The notes beneath the pieces were generated by a model that did not search any database, was not told the DNA's origin, and was given only the letters and a program-made list of their open reading frames with translations. The position numbers were made by a program, and so were the translations under genes. Of a DNA stretch of 64,000 nucleotides, positions 13,601-29,009 are shown piece by piece. The DNA is taken from the NCBI GenBank assembly GCA_013239625.1, contig MU054098.1, positions 434,001 through 498,000 of the forward strand. Direction: 5' to 3'. Numbering within the stretch: position 1 is the first letter of the stretch; each line of letters starts with the position of its first letter. The DNA comes from Lama guanicoe. Taxonomy: Eukaryota.

Positions 13601-15539
13601 TGTCTCTTCACCTCTCTACATCCCTGGACTGGACTATGAGCTTCTTGAGGGAAGGAAATATATTTTTATGCCTTTCCTCTAATTTAGATTTTCCAAACTT
13701 TAGGAAGAAATGGAAATGATAACTGCTTTTCTACACTTGCTTCCTTACAATCCTTTATTCTATCTTCTGGGTCGCTGAGATTCTGCAGTCCACTCTGGCG
13801 TATGGAACTGATAAACAAGAGAAGGGATCTGGTCATTGTTATGTAACATTTGGGACTTATAATTATCTGCGGGTGTTATATCCTGAGACACTCTGCTTCA
13901 TTTTCTCCAAAGGAGGGGCCTCTTTTGTATCAACAGTGGAACTTGAGGGATTACTGTTAAACATTTACAGAAAATTGTCCCTCTTAGTTAAAAAAAACAA
14001 AGTAGGAAACACAGTTGCCAACTGTGGGAATGAGGTCTTTGGTGGTTTAGCAATCCCTACTTTCCCATGTCCCTCCCTTTCAATGTCTTTTCATTATGCT
14101 TATCTTTCTTCTTCTAGGATTTTTTTTTTATTTCATTCATTTGTGCATCTATGTATTCGCACCTTCATTCTTTACACATCACTAAAATGTACCAGTCCTA
14201 GTCTCTCTATACTTTGCAAAATACTCAAGCTAAGAATGAGGCAAATGTGAAAGACCAACACATACCTGCTTCCTTTCCACACAGACTTCTTGAGTACTTT
14301 ATTTGAATATCAATGGGTTTTCAAGAGAAAATAATTCCTGTTTTGGGAGCTTGTCACAAAGGAGTGATACCAAATTGGGACTTGTAACCCTAGTAGGTGG
14401 CAAAGGGTAAATCTTAACAAGTAAATGGACAGATGGAGCTTCATTTTATTCAACCCCTGCCTACCCTTCTGATCAAAATCTTCTATCGCCTAATTCACAC
14501 ATAGGCTTACTGTGCACCAGACACATAGTAGGTGCTTTACACATATTCATTTAATTCTCACTACAATCCTGTGAAGTAAACCCTATTGCTATCCCCATTT
14601 TAAAAGATGAGGATACTGAGGCATAAAGATGTTTAGTACATTCTCTAGGTTGACACAACCAGTAAATGATGGTCCTGAGACTCAAACTCAGACAATATGA
14701 ACTCCAGATTTAATGTTCTTAGCTACTACACTAAACTCTGAAACTGTTATGATTAAGTATGTATATCTGTATTTCTTTTAGCTATTCTGTGTCTTCTAAA
14801 TGTGTGTCACGTGTATATGCTAGAGACCAGCTTCAGAACCAAGGAAAATGGTATGCAACTTTGCTGTCAACATTTAACTATAGTACAAAAGGATTAATGA
14901 GGAATCTACCAAAAAGATCAATTGAAACCAGTAGTTACAGAAAATCAGTGCAACAATTTTGTGACAGAGGAATGGAGGAAGATTTTTTTAAATTATTTTT
15001 GATACCTTAATGAGGTATAATTGATATGCAAATAACTGTATGTATTTAATGTGTACAATTTGATAAATTTGGAGGATTTTTTTTAAGGTATCTTTTGAGC
15101 CCTGAAATTATGAGTCTTTGAACAACTTTCTCTTTGGGAAAATTTTCATTTATTGCCCTCTAGTTGTCACATGAGCACAAAAGTTTTTTAATTGGTCTTC
15201 AAACTTGAAAAGAAAGAGAATGAGGTGTCTAAAAGTAAGAAGGTTTCATATTTCAATGCAGTAATGCCACCATCCAGGCAAGGAAAAGTTCTAGAAAAGA
15301 GCTTTGTAAAAACGAGTCTTATAAATAAAAGACTGTGTGGCTTTTAGAAGCTTAGCGATTAGCAATGTAGTGTTAACATTGCTGAAACTTTGACTATTTA
15401 AAATAGAGTAAGTTAAAAGAAAGAAGATTGAGTTAGTTCTGACAGGTTATCCTGTGAGATAATAAGCTTTTGTAATTGAGAATAAAGGACAGAAAGATTA
15501 AAACCAATGAACATCATTTGCTTTATCTAGTGTATCCAT

Positions 15540-16562
15540 GTACATACCATTAACTCTCAAAGTTTATCTCTAGTACTGTACTATCCCCTACGTTCCAGGC
15601 TTATGTATCCAGCTGGCTACTCTGTATCTCTACTTGAAAGTTTAATGAGCAACTCAAAGTTATCATGTCCAAAACTGAATTCTTTATTCCCACAGCAAGC
15701 CTGCACCTCCCTCAGTGTGCCTCCTTTCAATACGTGGCACCGCGATTTATCAGAATCTTGGTGTCATTTTTGATTACCCTCTCTTTCCACATCTAATCCT
15801 TTAGAAAATCACATGAGTCCTACCTTCAAAATATATTCAGAATAGGGCACTTCCCATCATCATGTGCAAGCTGTCATCATCTCTTTGTTAGAAACTTGCG
15901 AAAATGTGTTGGCTAGAAAATTGCTAGAGAGCTACTTCCTTTTCATACCCATCCAGTTTATTGTCTACTCAGCAACTGGAGTTGTCTCTAAGACATAACT
16001 AATTTCATATACTCCCAGGTCAGAACCGTTTGATGGCTTTTCATCTCACTGAGAACAAAAGCCAAAGTCTAAAATGCCCTATGAGGCACAACACAAACTG
16101 CCCCCTCTTCGTGTGTGACATTTCCTCTTCCCACTTTCTTCCTTGCTTACTCTGCTCCAGCAACAGAGGCTTCCTTGTCAAAACCCACTAGTCTTCAGGG
16201 CCATTGCACTTGCTATTCCATCTGCCTGAAATACTCTCTATTTGGTTATCTTCCTAACTGCCTCCATCCTTTTATCCTCTGGGCAGATCCTTCCTCAGTG
16301 AGGGCCTTCCTGCTCATCCTTTCTAAAATAGCCTTGTTTCCTTACTCCACCCATCACTGTTTAGCCTCTTATCCTGCCTCTTTTTTATGGCATTTATCAT
16401 TACCTAATACTTTTGCTTGTTTATTTGTTATGGTCTATCTCCATTACTGGAATGTAAGTTCAGTGAGGGCAGGAATTTGTTCATTCACTGCTGTATCCTG
16501 ATTACCTAGAACAGAACTCAATTATTTGTTGAGTACAAGACTGAGTGACTGAACGAATGAAT
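15540..16562 (+). mobile_element. LINE-2 3' portion
   Basis: L2-like motifs (catgtccaaaactgaattc, gtgagggcaggaatttgt, gctgtatcc) ending in a tgaatgaa-like tail; boundaries approximate. Confidence 0.75.
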
Positions 16563-19500
16563 CACTAAATGGCAGTAATCTAGGGAGAAAGTAGGTCATA
16601 GTCTGAGGAAAGAAAGAAAACATCTCTTCAAAGATATGCTACCAATCTAAAATATAGTTCACAAGACCATCTCAATATTGGTGTAAAAGATCCAGCTGTT
16701 CTCTGTTTAGGTGATACAGCCACTTGGAAGCCAAATGTTAATATGCAGTAAATCTGATCCATAAAATCTGTGGTTTTCTTCTAAATTAAATGCAAAGATT
16801 AATAGATGAGATGGCTTTGAAACTGAGTTTAACGACTGTTTAATCATTTTAAAACCCACACACCACTAATAGAATGACAGCTTGAGAGAATTACTATGCA
16901 TTGTTGATCTTTATTTCTGATAAAATGATGCTGTACCCTGGCTGTTAGGAATTTTCTGCTCTTTATCCAGTCCCCAGCTGGGACTTAACTTCCTAATTTT
17001 ATTAAGACTCAATCCAGGGATACACATGTGTATGCTCTGGTTTCCTGTTAATAGTTCATTAACAACTTCATTTTGTGTTTGTTCCTGTCTCAGTATTATC
17101 AAGAGACAAATCAGGAAAGATTGTGATGTTACGGTGAAATTCTATATGATTGTTTCTCTGAACTCTTTTGATTGAAAAACTGTTTATTGTACAACACATT
17201 TAGACATTAAAGGGGATATGGGAGAGTTGTTTTGTAACTTGCATTCCTAGAAAAAAATTTAGGTAGAAAAGACTCATCTGGAGAATGGCCTAGTCTGCTT
17301 TAATACATTTATGGAAAAAAGGCTTTTTACCATGTTTAATCAATTATTTTTCAAAGGATTCAAATAAATTAAAGAGTATTTAATACTAAATAGCAGTGTG
17401 ATATAGTGGGAACTGATTTTTATATAGGCTGTTACTAAATGACCCTGATTAGATCATCCCTGCATTCAGGGCCTTGGTTTACTTGGCTGTAAGAGGCAAA
17501 TAGGCTAGAATTTTTAGATTTGTTTCAGCACTTCGGCAGTGAACATGATAACGTGAACAGGATACTTTCTTATCCTTGAGAGTAGGAATATCAGTTCTCA
17601 TGATATGATTAATAAAAATTTTATCTTGATAATTGTTGAATCTAGATAATGGGTAAATGCAATTTCATTGTACTATTTCTACTTTTAGGCATATTTGAAT
17701 ATTCTTAAACAATAACAAATTTAGAAATAATTGATGAATAAAATGCTTGAGAGCAGATAATATACTATATTCAAACTGATCTTGTGAAGTCTGTTTCATG
17801 TCTATACTGTTTCCTTCCAGTGTTCTCTATAACTTTATATAAAATAGCAATCTCTCTTATGATCATTTCAAAAGCAGTTCTCTTCAGCTTTTGGGGACTG
17901 TGCCAAGGTTCAGACCAGATTAAAAATATCCCCACGTACAGATTTTCAATGTGAGGGTGTTCATTTGTCAGAAAACTAACAAGAGTTTCTCACAAGCATG
18001 ATACAATTTATATTGACTTGGCAACTCATAACATGTACTTTAGATTGGCTTAATTATCTGTACCTCATTCTTAAATCCAAGTTGATTTTTTCCCCCTTGC
18101 CACCCTATACATTGCCAGGTCATTCCTGGAAGATAATATGGCAGACTACATTGCAGTAAGAAAGTGTCTTTTGAAGTTGAGCAATCCTGGGTTCAAATCC
18201 CTATTTCAACTGTTTCCTAAATGTGAGATCTTGGGAAAGTTTTTTAACTTCTCTGAGCCTCAGTTATCTTTTCTATAAAATGGGAATATCAGTAGTAGTA
18301 TATACATCATGGGGTTATTGTGAGGACCAAAGAACATAATCATTAAACATACTGCCTGACCAGCAATTTTAATCAACATCATCAAACTGTTCTGTCATTA
18401 TTATTTTTGTCGCTTAGTTATTTGCATTAGTAGAATAAAGCTGTGTGGAAGAATTTTTTTTAAAGGGAGGAAATACGGCTGTTTTGGTTACCTTCATTAG
18501 AAGTAGTCAGGACATATCTATTGAACATCTGCAATACTCTAGGAACTGGATTTATAGAGGCAAGTAAGGCACACTTCCTGCTATTAAGGAAATCACATAC
18601 TAAGGGGAGAAACTAGACATGTGAAAGCTTAAGAGTCAGGGCTAAACTTAAAGGAATAACAGAGTAGGCAGTTGTTGGCATGCTGAGATTTAAAGGGAGA
18701 TAAAAACAAAATAAAATCAAAACCAGAAACCTCTGTCCTATCACTATATCTGAAACAACAATAACATCTTTTTCTTTGGAATTTATACATTCTTTGATTT
18801 TTGGATTCCATGTGCAAATGCCTTTGGGAAGAATAACACATTAAGTAGTAGAATGAGTTGTTCTCTCCTCTGAGCAACCTTAGCTGCCAATGATTCTATC
18901 ATAGTGTACTGTTCTTATCACACGGTATTGTAATTACCAATAGTTTCTAGTTTCTATCCCTCTAACTAGAATGTGAGCTACATGAGGTAGTACCTAACTC
19001 ACCTTTGTACCGCCAGCATCCAGTGCAGTGCTTGGCACATGATTGCTCTGTAAAAGCTTTGAATGAATGTGAGTGACTAGAAAGCAGAGGCTGGCCCTGC
19101 TTGCCTTCGACAGTCCGTGGGTCTGTGTTTAAGTGTGTTTGGTGTTAGTCTGGGGACTGGATCGTGGATCATGATGTTGCTAACTGTATTCCCAAACTCA
19201 TGTGGATTTCCTGAGAATCTCAGCTCTGGTGTCCTGCTGTTGAATCTGTGGTCATCTGGAGGGGAACTCAGAGTTCAAAAATTTAAAATTGGATTTGGAG
19301 GAATGCAGGCAGTCTAGATGCCCTCTGTCTTACGGCGTGTGTTCTTTATAGGACACTGCTTTTCTGAATATACGTCAACTCTACCAAATAACTTTTGACG
19401 TCAATTTTCTGGAATGTTAAGACTTTCAAAAATCCCCACAACACCAAGTAAGTTTGACATTTGCCTGAAAGTTTAAAAACTGTTCTCAAACTCAGAGAAT

Positions 19501-20910
19501 TTTTTAAAGTACCGTGTATATACATATAAAATAAATAGTCAATGGTTATTTTTATTTATTTTAAAAACATCTTTCCTGTTCATGCTTATTTAATGTCTTT
19601 TAACATTACAAAGGAAATAACACTTTGGGACATTAGATAATGCCTTTGCTGATTACCTCACTTGAACAGCAGTTCAGTAATACCCATTTCCTGTTTTGAT
19701 AGTTAACAGCTTTACACAATGAAAGAGATATCTCAGTCCCTGCCAGTCAACTATTTTAGCTGTTGAAGTATCAGGAAGAACCCCAGCAGTAGTGTGACTC
19801 TTCAGGAAGAGCTCTGCACGAGGTGTCTGGTCTACCTAGGTTTTATTTCTTTTGAATTTTTGACTTCTGGAAAGTAATTCAACCTATTGAAACTTGAGTG
19901 ATATCCATTTCTAAAACTGAACTATCTACTTAGCTATCTCAGGGGGATAATGGATAAAATAAAGTAAAATATATGTTCCTGCTAAAGAGCCCAGGGATAG
20001 TACTTGTCTGCCTTAGGCCCATCATGGCTTCACTTCTCGGTGTCAGCCTAAGTCTCAGTTCTGACATAGCTCTGGCCCAATGACAACCATTCTTTTTGAG
20101 GAGGTGGAAGTCTGGAAATAGCCTAGTGTGTGCTATGCCTCTGAAATTGATCTGGGCCCCTGGGAAAGTTTGTAAGCATCAGGCTTTAGCTTTTATCTCT
20201 TACCCTACCCTCTGCTATTGGCTCTGTCATTGGACTTGGGATGCAGTCTGGAAGCTCAGTTCTTCCTCTGTGTCTCTGTTGAAATTGGGGCCCAGGCCTT
20301 AATTTTTTGCCTAGTTTCTGCTGGCCCTCTTCCAGGGACTGACTGTTGATTGCTTGCAGAATCATGTGTATCATCTTGCCCAATTATCTCAGAAGAACAT
20401 GACCCCAACTGTCCTTAGAAACTTCCCCAGCCTGAGGCTTGATGAACCTCTTCATTTCATGTCCCTTGTGTCACACTGACCCTGGCCTGCATCAGTGTGG
20501 ATTTATACCCTTTCTTGATTTTGGTGTAGACGAGCTTCCAGCTAGGGGGTGACTCTAACTAGTTTTTTCCAGTCTCCTTTCTCTACACCAATCAGGTTTA
20601 CTCCCAAATTCTCTTTTTCTTAACAGTTGCGACATGCCTTATATCTGGGGTAGAGTAATGAGTACTAAGGTACAAGCACACAGCTATCACTGGCAACTTC
20701 TATTGATGTCACTAGAAAGCCATCAAATAGGACTTCCGGTATATTAAAATGAGTTGTCTTTTTAGTGTCTTTCTCTTCACACCAAGGACAAATCTAAGCC
20801 TATGGTTTCACTGATTAAGCTATGAAGTCAAAGTAGCAGTTCATGTCTAATCAACTTAAACATCTGAGACGTGGTACATTATTGTTTCCAACTGCATTTT
20901 ATTAACTATG

Positions 20911-21066
20911 CAGTCAGCCCTCCGTATCTGTGGGTTCTGCATCCACTGATAAGGAGGGCCGACTGTACTACACCATTTTATATAAGGAACTTGAGCATCC
21001 ATGGATTTTGGTATTGGTGGGGGGAGCCTGGAACTAATCCCCCACAGGAACCAGGGGATACTACTG
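20911..21066. mobile_element. MER2/Tigger-family non-autonomous element (MITE) with internal hairpin
   Basis: cagtcagccctccgtatc...ctactg|TA ends; MER2-like core ccattttatataaggaacttgagcatccatggattttggtat. Confidence 0.75.
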
Positions 21067-23218
21067 TATTTAATTTATGGTTTGCATGTCTACAAATAAA
21101 TGCACTGTGTTATTCCAAGATATTATTATACTTCTATTTCTTTGAACTGTACTCCATTATACTATAAAGTATAGTATAATAAAATATTTGTAAGGACCAG
21201 AAGATTTGGAGGAAACAGGAAGCTTGGAGAAAACTTTCTGGACATTTTTTTTTTTTTTAAATAGAAGAAGATAAATGAGTTAATTGGAACTGTAATCACA
21301 GGGGAAGGAAAGAAGATTTTGAATCTAGATCTCATTTTCCTTAACATCATGTCAGCAAATTCTGATTATAAAATTCCTCACGTAGGCCTGATAAATAATT
21401 TCTGACAACAGTGATTGTGAAAAAGCCAAACTAGCTGACATCTGAAAAGTAGATACCAAACTCTAAACAATTCTCAGTTCCTTCACGCCTTCCAACTTCA
21501 ATTTAGGGGAGAGGCATTAACTATGCAAATAAATAAAAAGGCAAAAAAAAAAACCCTTTGATAAAACATAAAGTTAGTAGTGGAGAGAATACCATAATCC
21601 ATGATCCCCTCTGAATTCAGACTCTTTGCTTTTTGTTTATTCATATATTTAGTGTGAAATATATCTTTGGTATCTGCGAGAAGTTAAGTCTGAACCTGTG
21701 TTTCAAAGCAAGGAAAATATTTTTTACCCATTGGAATGTTAGATGGTATATAGACTGGATCCAATCTCAATTCATTCTTATTTTTAAATGAATCACTGTC
21801 ATCATTTCATCTACTTTAGAAAAGCATCAAAAGTATCCTGGCTTCTTATGGCTTTGCATAGCTCCAGGTCATGGAGATTAAATCAGGGGTGGATTAAAAA
21901 TTCCGGAGACTTTAAAGATAAGGGACAATTTGGTGGTGATCTGAGTTTCTTTCTTTAATTTTATCTGAGCCAAAATAAAATTTTGTTTGGTTATGTAAAG
22001 AACCATTTGATAAACTTTCAACAGGAAAAAATATACATGACACTTACTGGATTTTAATTACAACACCAAGGGCTTTAGAAATCAGGGAAACCTTAGACAT
22101 CATCTAGTTCTAACTGCTAATTTTACAGATGAGAAACTGACCATTTCTGAAGGAAAATGCAGAAGCAATTTTTGCTTGGAATTGAAAGTTAGACTAGATG
22201 ACTTCTGAGGTTCCATTCAATAAATTTTTTGAAACTGAGGCCCAAAGAAGTTAAGGAAATTGCCGAAGATCACCTCACTGTGGGAAGGAGAGCCTAGGGT
22301 AGAGTCCAGGTTTCCGGATTCCTTGTCTATGTTTGGCTCTTTTCATACTGTAAGGTATTTGAAACTCAAGACAGTGACGTGCTTTAGATATTGCACTCTG
22401 AGGGAACAACATAGTTCTGGCAACACATACTTACCTTTGGATTATCTTCTGATTCCTGATGTGGTGAGTCACATAGTAAAATAACATTAGCAGACTGAAA
22501 TGCCCTATCAGGAATTAATTAAAAGGGAAAGAACATCACTCAGATGAACTTTGTGATTTCCTCTGAATCTTTTGAAATGCTGACCTGTTTTGAATGCAAA
22601 TTTCCTCCTGCTGGTATGTTCGGTGGATAAAACAGAGCCCCTCCTATGTAAACTAAAGACTTCAGTTCTAAGGCCATTTAAAATCCTTTAAGCTAAGAAG
22701 CTGTTCATTGAGACAGATTTCACTGGTATTCAAGAAGAATTTGATTATGACTGGACACATTATTCATTTATAGTAAGTCTGGAACTTAAATTTGCAGTAG
22801 AGGGTTTTAGGGATTGGAGCTAAGTTGTTTTGAATAATTATTTGTTTCAGTTTCTTCACCTCTTTTCATATGGGCTCATAGATCTCTTTTGTGGCAAAAA
22901 TTGTTTGAATTGACATAATTTGGGGAAATATTGCAACTTTTTGCATGAAGCTAATTAATAGGTGTTGGATAATCACTATAAGTAACATTATTGATTTTAA
23001 ATTTTACTGTTGTTTTCTTATTAGCCTGTATTTTCTGTAAAAATCATACCTCTTATAAGCAAAACTGGTCCTTTGGAAATGGTAAGGATAGTTGCATTTT
23101 AGAGTTAAGAGGTTTTCTGAGACTATTGTCTATGTGATTTTTTTTTCTATAAATGAGAATCTTCCACTTTGCAGTAACTTTCTCTCTTAAGCTCAGAAAT
23201 AACCATATAAAATGAATG

Positions 23219-23221
<3 letters not shown>

Positions 23222-23250
<29 letters not shown>
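23222..23250. repeat. (TA)14 microsatellite
   Basis: Seen directly. Confidence 0.9.
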
Positions 23251-23254
<4 letters not shown>

Positions 23255-26200
23255 TTTTGATTTAATTTATAGAACATGCATACCTCTATATATGGTGATT
23301 CCATTTATTTGTCTATTATAGTTACACATATAGGAGGGTTTTTTAAATAAAAATTCCAACTTTCACTGTTTTTACTCTGAAATGAACTAGTATTTTATAC
23401 ATTTGATGCTTATTTTCCTCTGAGAGATTACATAGTTAACAGTTAAATCTGACCATCACTTTTATATACTGCACTCATTTTGGATGCTTTTACATTTAGT
23501 TTTCTTTTTTTAATATATAAAAGGATATATAAAACCAGAGCGTGAATACAGGGTATTTATTAGCTGTTTTTGACCGAACTTTTATTAAAATATAGAATTT
23601 TTATAAAATTCAAGTCTTAAGTAAATTGCATGAATTTTTTTATTATTGTTATTTTATTATTACTGAATAATAAACTAATGACTAAGAGATCTGGTTTTCA
23701 GTTCTACATCTTCTCCCTATAACCCTGTGACCTAGGGTTGGACATCCCACCTCCTCTCCATCTTAATTTCCTCATCTGTAAAATAAACCAGATGTGCTGA
23801 CTCTGCCTAATGTGAAAAGCAATAGAAATGTTAAAAATGATTAATCAGTAGGATTAAACAACTATGGGATTCTTTTCTTTTTCTTTTTCTTTTTTTTAAG
23901 TACCAAGACCTTGCTTGTAAACAAAAAGCTGCTTTGAGGTGGTATTTTTTGAAAACTAGAGAAATATCACCTGTATTTTGCTACAACTGGAAGAGTGGGC
24001 ATGGGTAGGTTGCTAGTTCCTTTTGATGTATTTTTCAGAGTGTCTTCAAAGAACTAATAGGAGGTGGCTCCTGGATATGGGAGAAGCGGAAGGCAACTAA
24101 TAACAATTGGGTTATTTTGCAACTATGCTGCAGACATTTAATGTGCACTATCCCACTGAATCATTCCCTAGACCCCAAGTATTACTGTCTTCATTTTATA
24201 GATAAGAAAATTAAGGTACAGAGAGGCGAAGTGTCTTGCCCAGATCTGTGTCGCTGCAATGTCTGTGCTCTTTCCATTATCTCATGCTGCTTTTATGGTC
24301 TTGTGGAGGCAATGCTGAGAAGGTTTGAATTATGTCTTCCATTCTCACTATGGGACCAAGACTTATACTGAGAAGATGGATTATGTACAGAGTCACAGAG
24401 TAGGTAGGCAGCTGCCTACATCGTATGATTTTGAGAAACCATTGACAGGTGCCTGCCCACAAATATCACCTTCAATGGCTTGTCACAGTCACTTTGCGTG
24501 ATATTTTACCACTAAAATCATTACTTTGCTTCTTTTGTTTTTCTTTTCCAGTGAGGAGGTTGGGAGGACTTTCAAATGCACATAACCTTAGGAGGGTTCA
24601 TGTGTTAAATCTTTTATTATTTAATACCTTAGCAGGCAGTATGGAATTGGAGAAAGAGCTCAGATTTAGAAGCCAGGAAGACCTGGATTTGAATTCTGAT
24701 TCTACCATGTCCTAGCTGTTTAATTTGCATGTGATACTTAATCTCTCAGAGCTTCATTTTCTTCTTGAGTAAAATAGAGATAATAATGCATATTCAGAGC
24801 CCCTTATTACAATAATAATAATATATTAAGCAGCTACTATGGGTAGTTGTGGTAGAGAGGGAAGAACACTGGAGTGGAAGTCAGGAAGTCAGGAGACTTG
24901 GTGTCCTGCCTTATCAGTTCCATTCATCTAGGTAAGTATTGAGCATCCACTATGCGTCATTCACTGTGCTAGGCACTGAGGGTCCAACAGTGAACAATTT
25001 GAAGTTCCTGCTTTTTTATAGCTTAAATTCTAGTTTTGTACTAACCTAACTATATCCATATCCTAGTCATGTAAAGAAGGATTAATGTTCTTCACATTTT
25101 AGAGGTGGGAACTGATGGTGAAAGGATACAGTGGTGAGCAATGATCCCTGACCTCACTGAGTTTATAGTCTAATAGAGTAGAAATTAATCAGGTAATCTC
25201 ACAAATTAATATAAGATTAAAACCATTATAAGTCTTTAAAGGAAAGGTGATCAGTGCTCTAAGAGGCTTCACTTCAGCTTCTCTGAGCAAGTGACTTCTG
25301 AGCGGAGATCTGAAAAATGAATAGGAGCTAACCAGGTCATCCTTCTACATGTCCTTATTCAGGTTCTTCTGGATTTCCTTCAGCTCTTTTATACCCACTT
25401 GGTTGGCTTTTGCAAACTTTCTCCTCTCTTTTTAAGCCTCCTACTCAGCTACTACACATTTATTCTCAGGAGGTGGATTTGCCTCCTATTTCACATGGGA
25501 AATAAGAGCCATCAGGTGTGTCTGAATCTCTTCTCCACCTACCTCACCATCTTTTGTGCACACATTGATTTGTATCTTTACCTATGCTTTTGGCCTGTCT
25601 CAGAGGAAAAAGTAGCCCTCTGTCAATCCAAGTTCAATCTCCCCACCTTTGTTTTAGATTCCATGCCTTCCTCTTGCTTTTTCAGGGATAACTTTTTACA
25701 TAATTATCAACTTTCTCTTCTGCATTTTTAACCTCTTCCTCTCTATGAGTTCTTTTCTCAGCAAAGGAAAAAAAAAAGACCTTTTTCTTCACCCTTCCTT
25801 GTACAATCAAACTTCAATAAAAAGTGGGTCCACACATATATTTACCATTTACATTTACCATTTACCACATACATTTACCAAGGCCACCAATTACTTGTTA
25901 TTTCCAAGTACAACAGATACATTTCAGTTCTTGCTCTACTCCTCCGTATGCTTTCCCTTGTTTGGCATGTGAGGCACTTGGCTTTTGAATACTTTTTCCT
26001 TGAAATCTTCTGCTTCACTAGTTTCCATGATATGTCTTCCTCCTGTCAGTATCATTTATTACCCTCAGGTTTAAGATCTGGAGGTAGGAGATGAGACTGA
26101 AAGTGTTGGTAAGGTCCAGATAATAAAAAGTGTTGATTGCTATGTTAGAGTTTGTACTTTATTTTATGGGAGGCAATACTGCACAGAGGTTAGGGCACAA

Positions 26201-29009
26201 ATTCTGGAGCAATGCTTGCCTGGCTTTGAATCTGGTTCCATCACTTATTGCCTGTGGGAGCCTGGGATGATCATTTAGCTTTTCTTTGCCTCAGTTTCCT
26301 TATTGGTAAAACAGGATGACATAGTACCTATCTCATAATGCTGTGGTGAGGATTAAGTGAATCAATACAGTGAAGTGTATATAAAAGCACTTGGCCCACT
26401 GTAAGCATACTGAATTGTGAGCTATTATAAATTATCCTGTAGAGCAATGAGAAACCAGTAAAGGAGTTTGAATGGACATGTTTGTGTTTTGAAAAGGTCA
26501 CACTGGCTACAACATTGAAAATGGCCTGCATCTGACTTATTGTAAGGTGGAAAATTCATCAGGAGGTCATTGCAGTTCATCAGTCAAGAGATGGTGATGA
26601 TTAGGATTAGGGTCATGACAGTGAAGATGAAGTGATATGGATGGATCACCAAGGTATTTAGAGAAGGGAATCCGTGATGTATGTGGGTATGAAATGATGG
26701 TTGAAGATAAATAAGAGAAAGGAATCTAGGATGACTCATCTGTTTCTGGTTTAGGACACTGCTTTGGAAATCATGCTACCGTTTGGTACTGGAAATAGAA
26801 GAAAGGGAGATGATGATAAGTCACATTAATGTTTTGAGTATTAATAATCCCCATGTGAATTCATATTCTTTGAAACAAAACTGAATTACATCAGTCATCA
26901 GTGTTTTGAAATCATGTATTGAAAGATTACATAGATATTTTAAGAAAATTTGTATAAATGGAATTTATCACTGTTCTAGGGAAGATATACTTTCTTCTCC
27001 GGGCCTTTCTTTGATAAGTACAGATTTATTACTTACATAGCTTAAAAATATTATTGGTGACTGATATTGTGGAATTATCAAGATACCATGATGGAGCACT
27101 GGTAACTTTGTTTTGAATCAGGGGTCTGTCAGCTTTCCAAAATGAGAAGATTTCTGGAAATAATTCATTCACAGTCTTAAAGTCATGCCAGTTTACTCAT
27201 TCATTCATCAGACATTTATTGCCTACTCTGTGACAGACATTATAATAACAGAAAAGCAGAAGCCATTTCTGCTTTCATGAACCTTACAATTAACCAAAGT
27301 TGATGGATATTATTCAAATAATAACAATGATAAATGTATAACTTTAAATTCTAACTACTTTGAACGGAAGTTTCCAGGGGCAGTATATTATGAGCTAAAA
27401 GCAAAGGTTCTACAATCAGACTGATTGGGCTGGAATACTGCTTCCTCCTCCTTACTGTCTGTGTGCTCTTGGGTCAGTTATTTAACCTTTTCGTGTCTCA
27501 GTTTCTTGCATAAAATGGAGAAAATAAAATAAGGAGAAGTGAACTTGTCAAAGGGGGATAGAAAGATATACGAATATTCCAGGAAGATGGAACAGCATGT
27601 GCACAGGCTCTGTGGTAAGTTTACAGGGCACAAAATAGGAGAATGTAGAAAAAGCATCTGTGGAAGTAGTCAGTGCCATAATACTTAGGGCCTTGAGAGC
27701 CAAGTCAAACATTTTTATCTGTATCCCAACATAAGAAGGAAGCCATAAAGAATTTTTAGTAGGGAAGTTGCATAATCATATTTGGATTTGGAAAACAGAA
27801 GGAAAGCACTCTGCCTGCAGTGTGGAAATTGAGTAGGGCCAGGATAAATTCAGAGACATGTATCAAGAAACTATTGCAATCATCCAGGCAAATTATGATG
27901 GTGATTTGGACTGGCATGGGAGGGGAGACAGATATAAGGAGTTTCGTGGGATGTACTTAAAAACATTAAAACAAACAATCAAACAAACATAAGCTAGAGT
28001 GAAAGGAGATGATGGGAAAATCTGTTTTCTCATCTGTATATAAGCCACAGTGATAGACGGTAGAAGCCAAGTATATTTTGTGTTTGTATACGTTTATACA
28101 TGTATCTCATTGTCTTTTGGTAGTAAGTATCAAGAGAATCAGGAGGGCCTAGGAGTTCCTGAAGAGCATCCTGCCCACTTCTATGGAACGAAGCAGGGTT
28201 GGAGGGTAGGAGGTATTAGTCATTCTAACTCTCCCATGGATGCTCAAAGGAAGACAAAACCATGCTTCCATAGGTGTGATTCTATACAAGTAGTTCTCTT
28301 TTATCTAGGCATGTTTGACTTTGCTTATCCAGCACTGATTAGTCTCTAACTATGGAATCAGCCATCTCCTTTATCTGGAGCTTTTGCAGGAAGAACAGTG
28401 TACATTATTTATGGAATTAGTACTGATTTATTGAGAGGAAACTTAAACCCTAGGGCATTCTGATACTATCCAAAGCATGTAGAATGAGCTGTCAACATAC
28501 GGAAAATGTGGAGCAGCCTAAGATTGAAAATATGTAAGTGCACCATCAGAAGGAACGTCATTCAGAAAACTGTGGCAGCAGCTCATGGTGGTAGAAAAAG
28601 TGCTGTGGTACCTGAGAGCGGCTCATATTAGCAGAATCTCCAGATGGCCAGAGAGAGTTCTCTAGCACTTATTTAGGACAGTAAGGACTTTGAAGTATCA
28701 AAGGGGGACATTGAATTGTTGTCACACTGTATTTTGTCGCTGTGAAAAGTTTCCACTTTAGCAGTTTGTGGTTATAGTATTTGTAAGTGGGATGGTTCAG
28801 CATGATCTTTTTCCCCTTAGGTTGGAGGCTTTAACCAAGGAAGTGCTACATAGCTTAAATGTAACCCTTGGAAGGAATGAACTTCTGACTCAAAGGCTAT
28901 GTAGAAAATGAGAGGTTGTACTGTATAATCAAAGTGCATACTTTGATTACTTGGAAATTTGGGCTTAAAGGATTACGAATTTTTAAAGGATTTTATACAC
29001 AATGCTAAA

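Noticed and set aside
25840..25880. Repeated atttacc units
   Set aside because: Short degenerate microsatellite inside an L2-like region.
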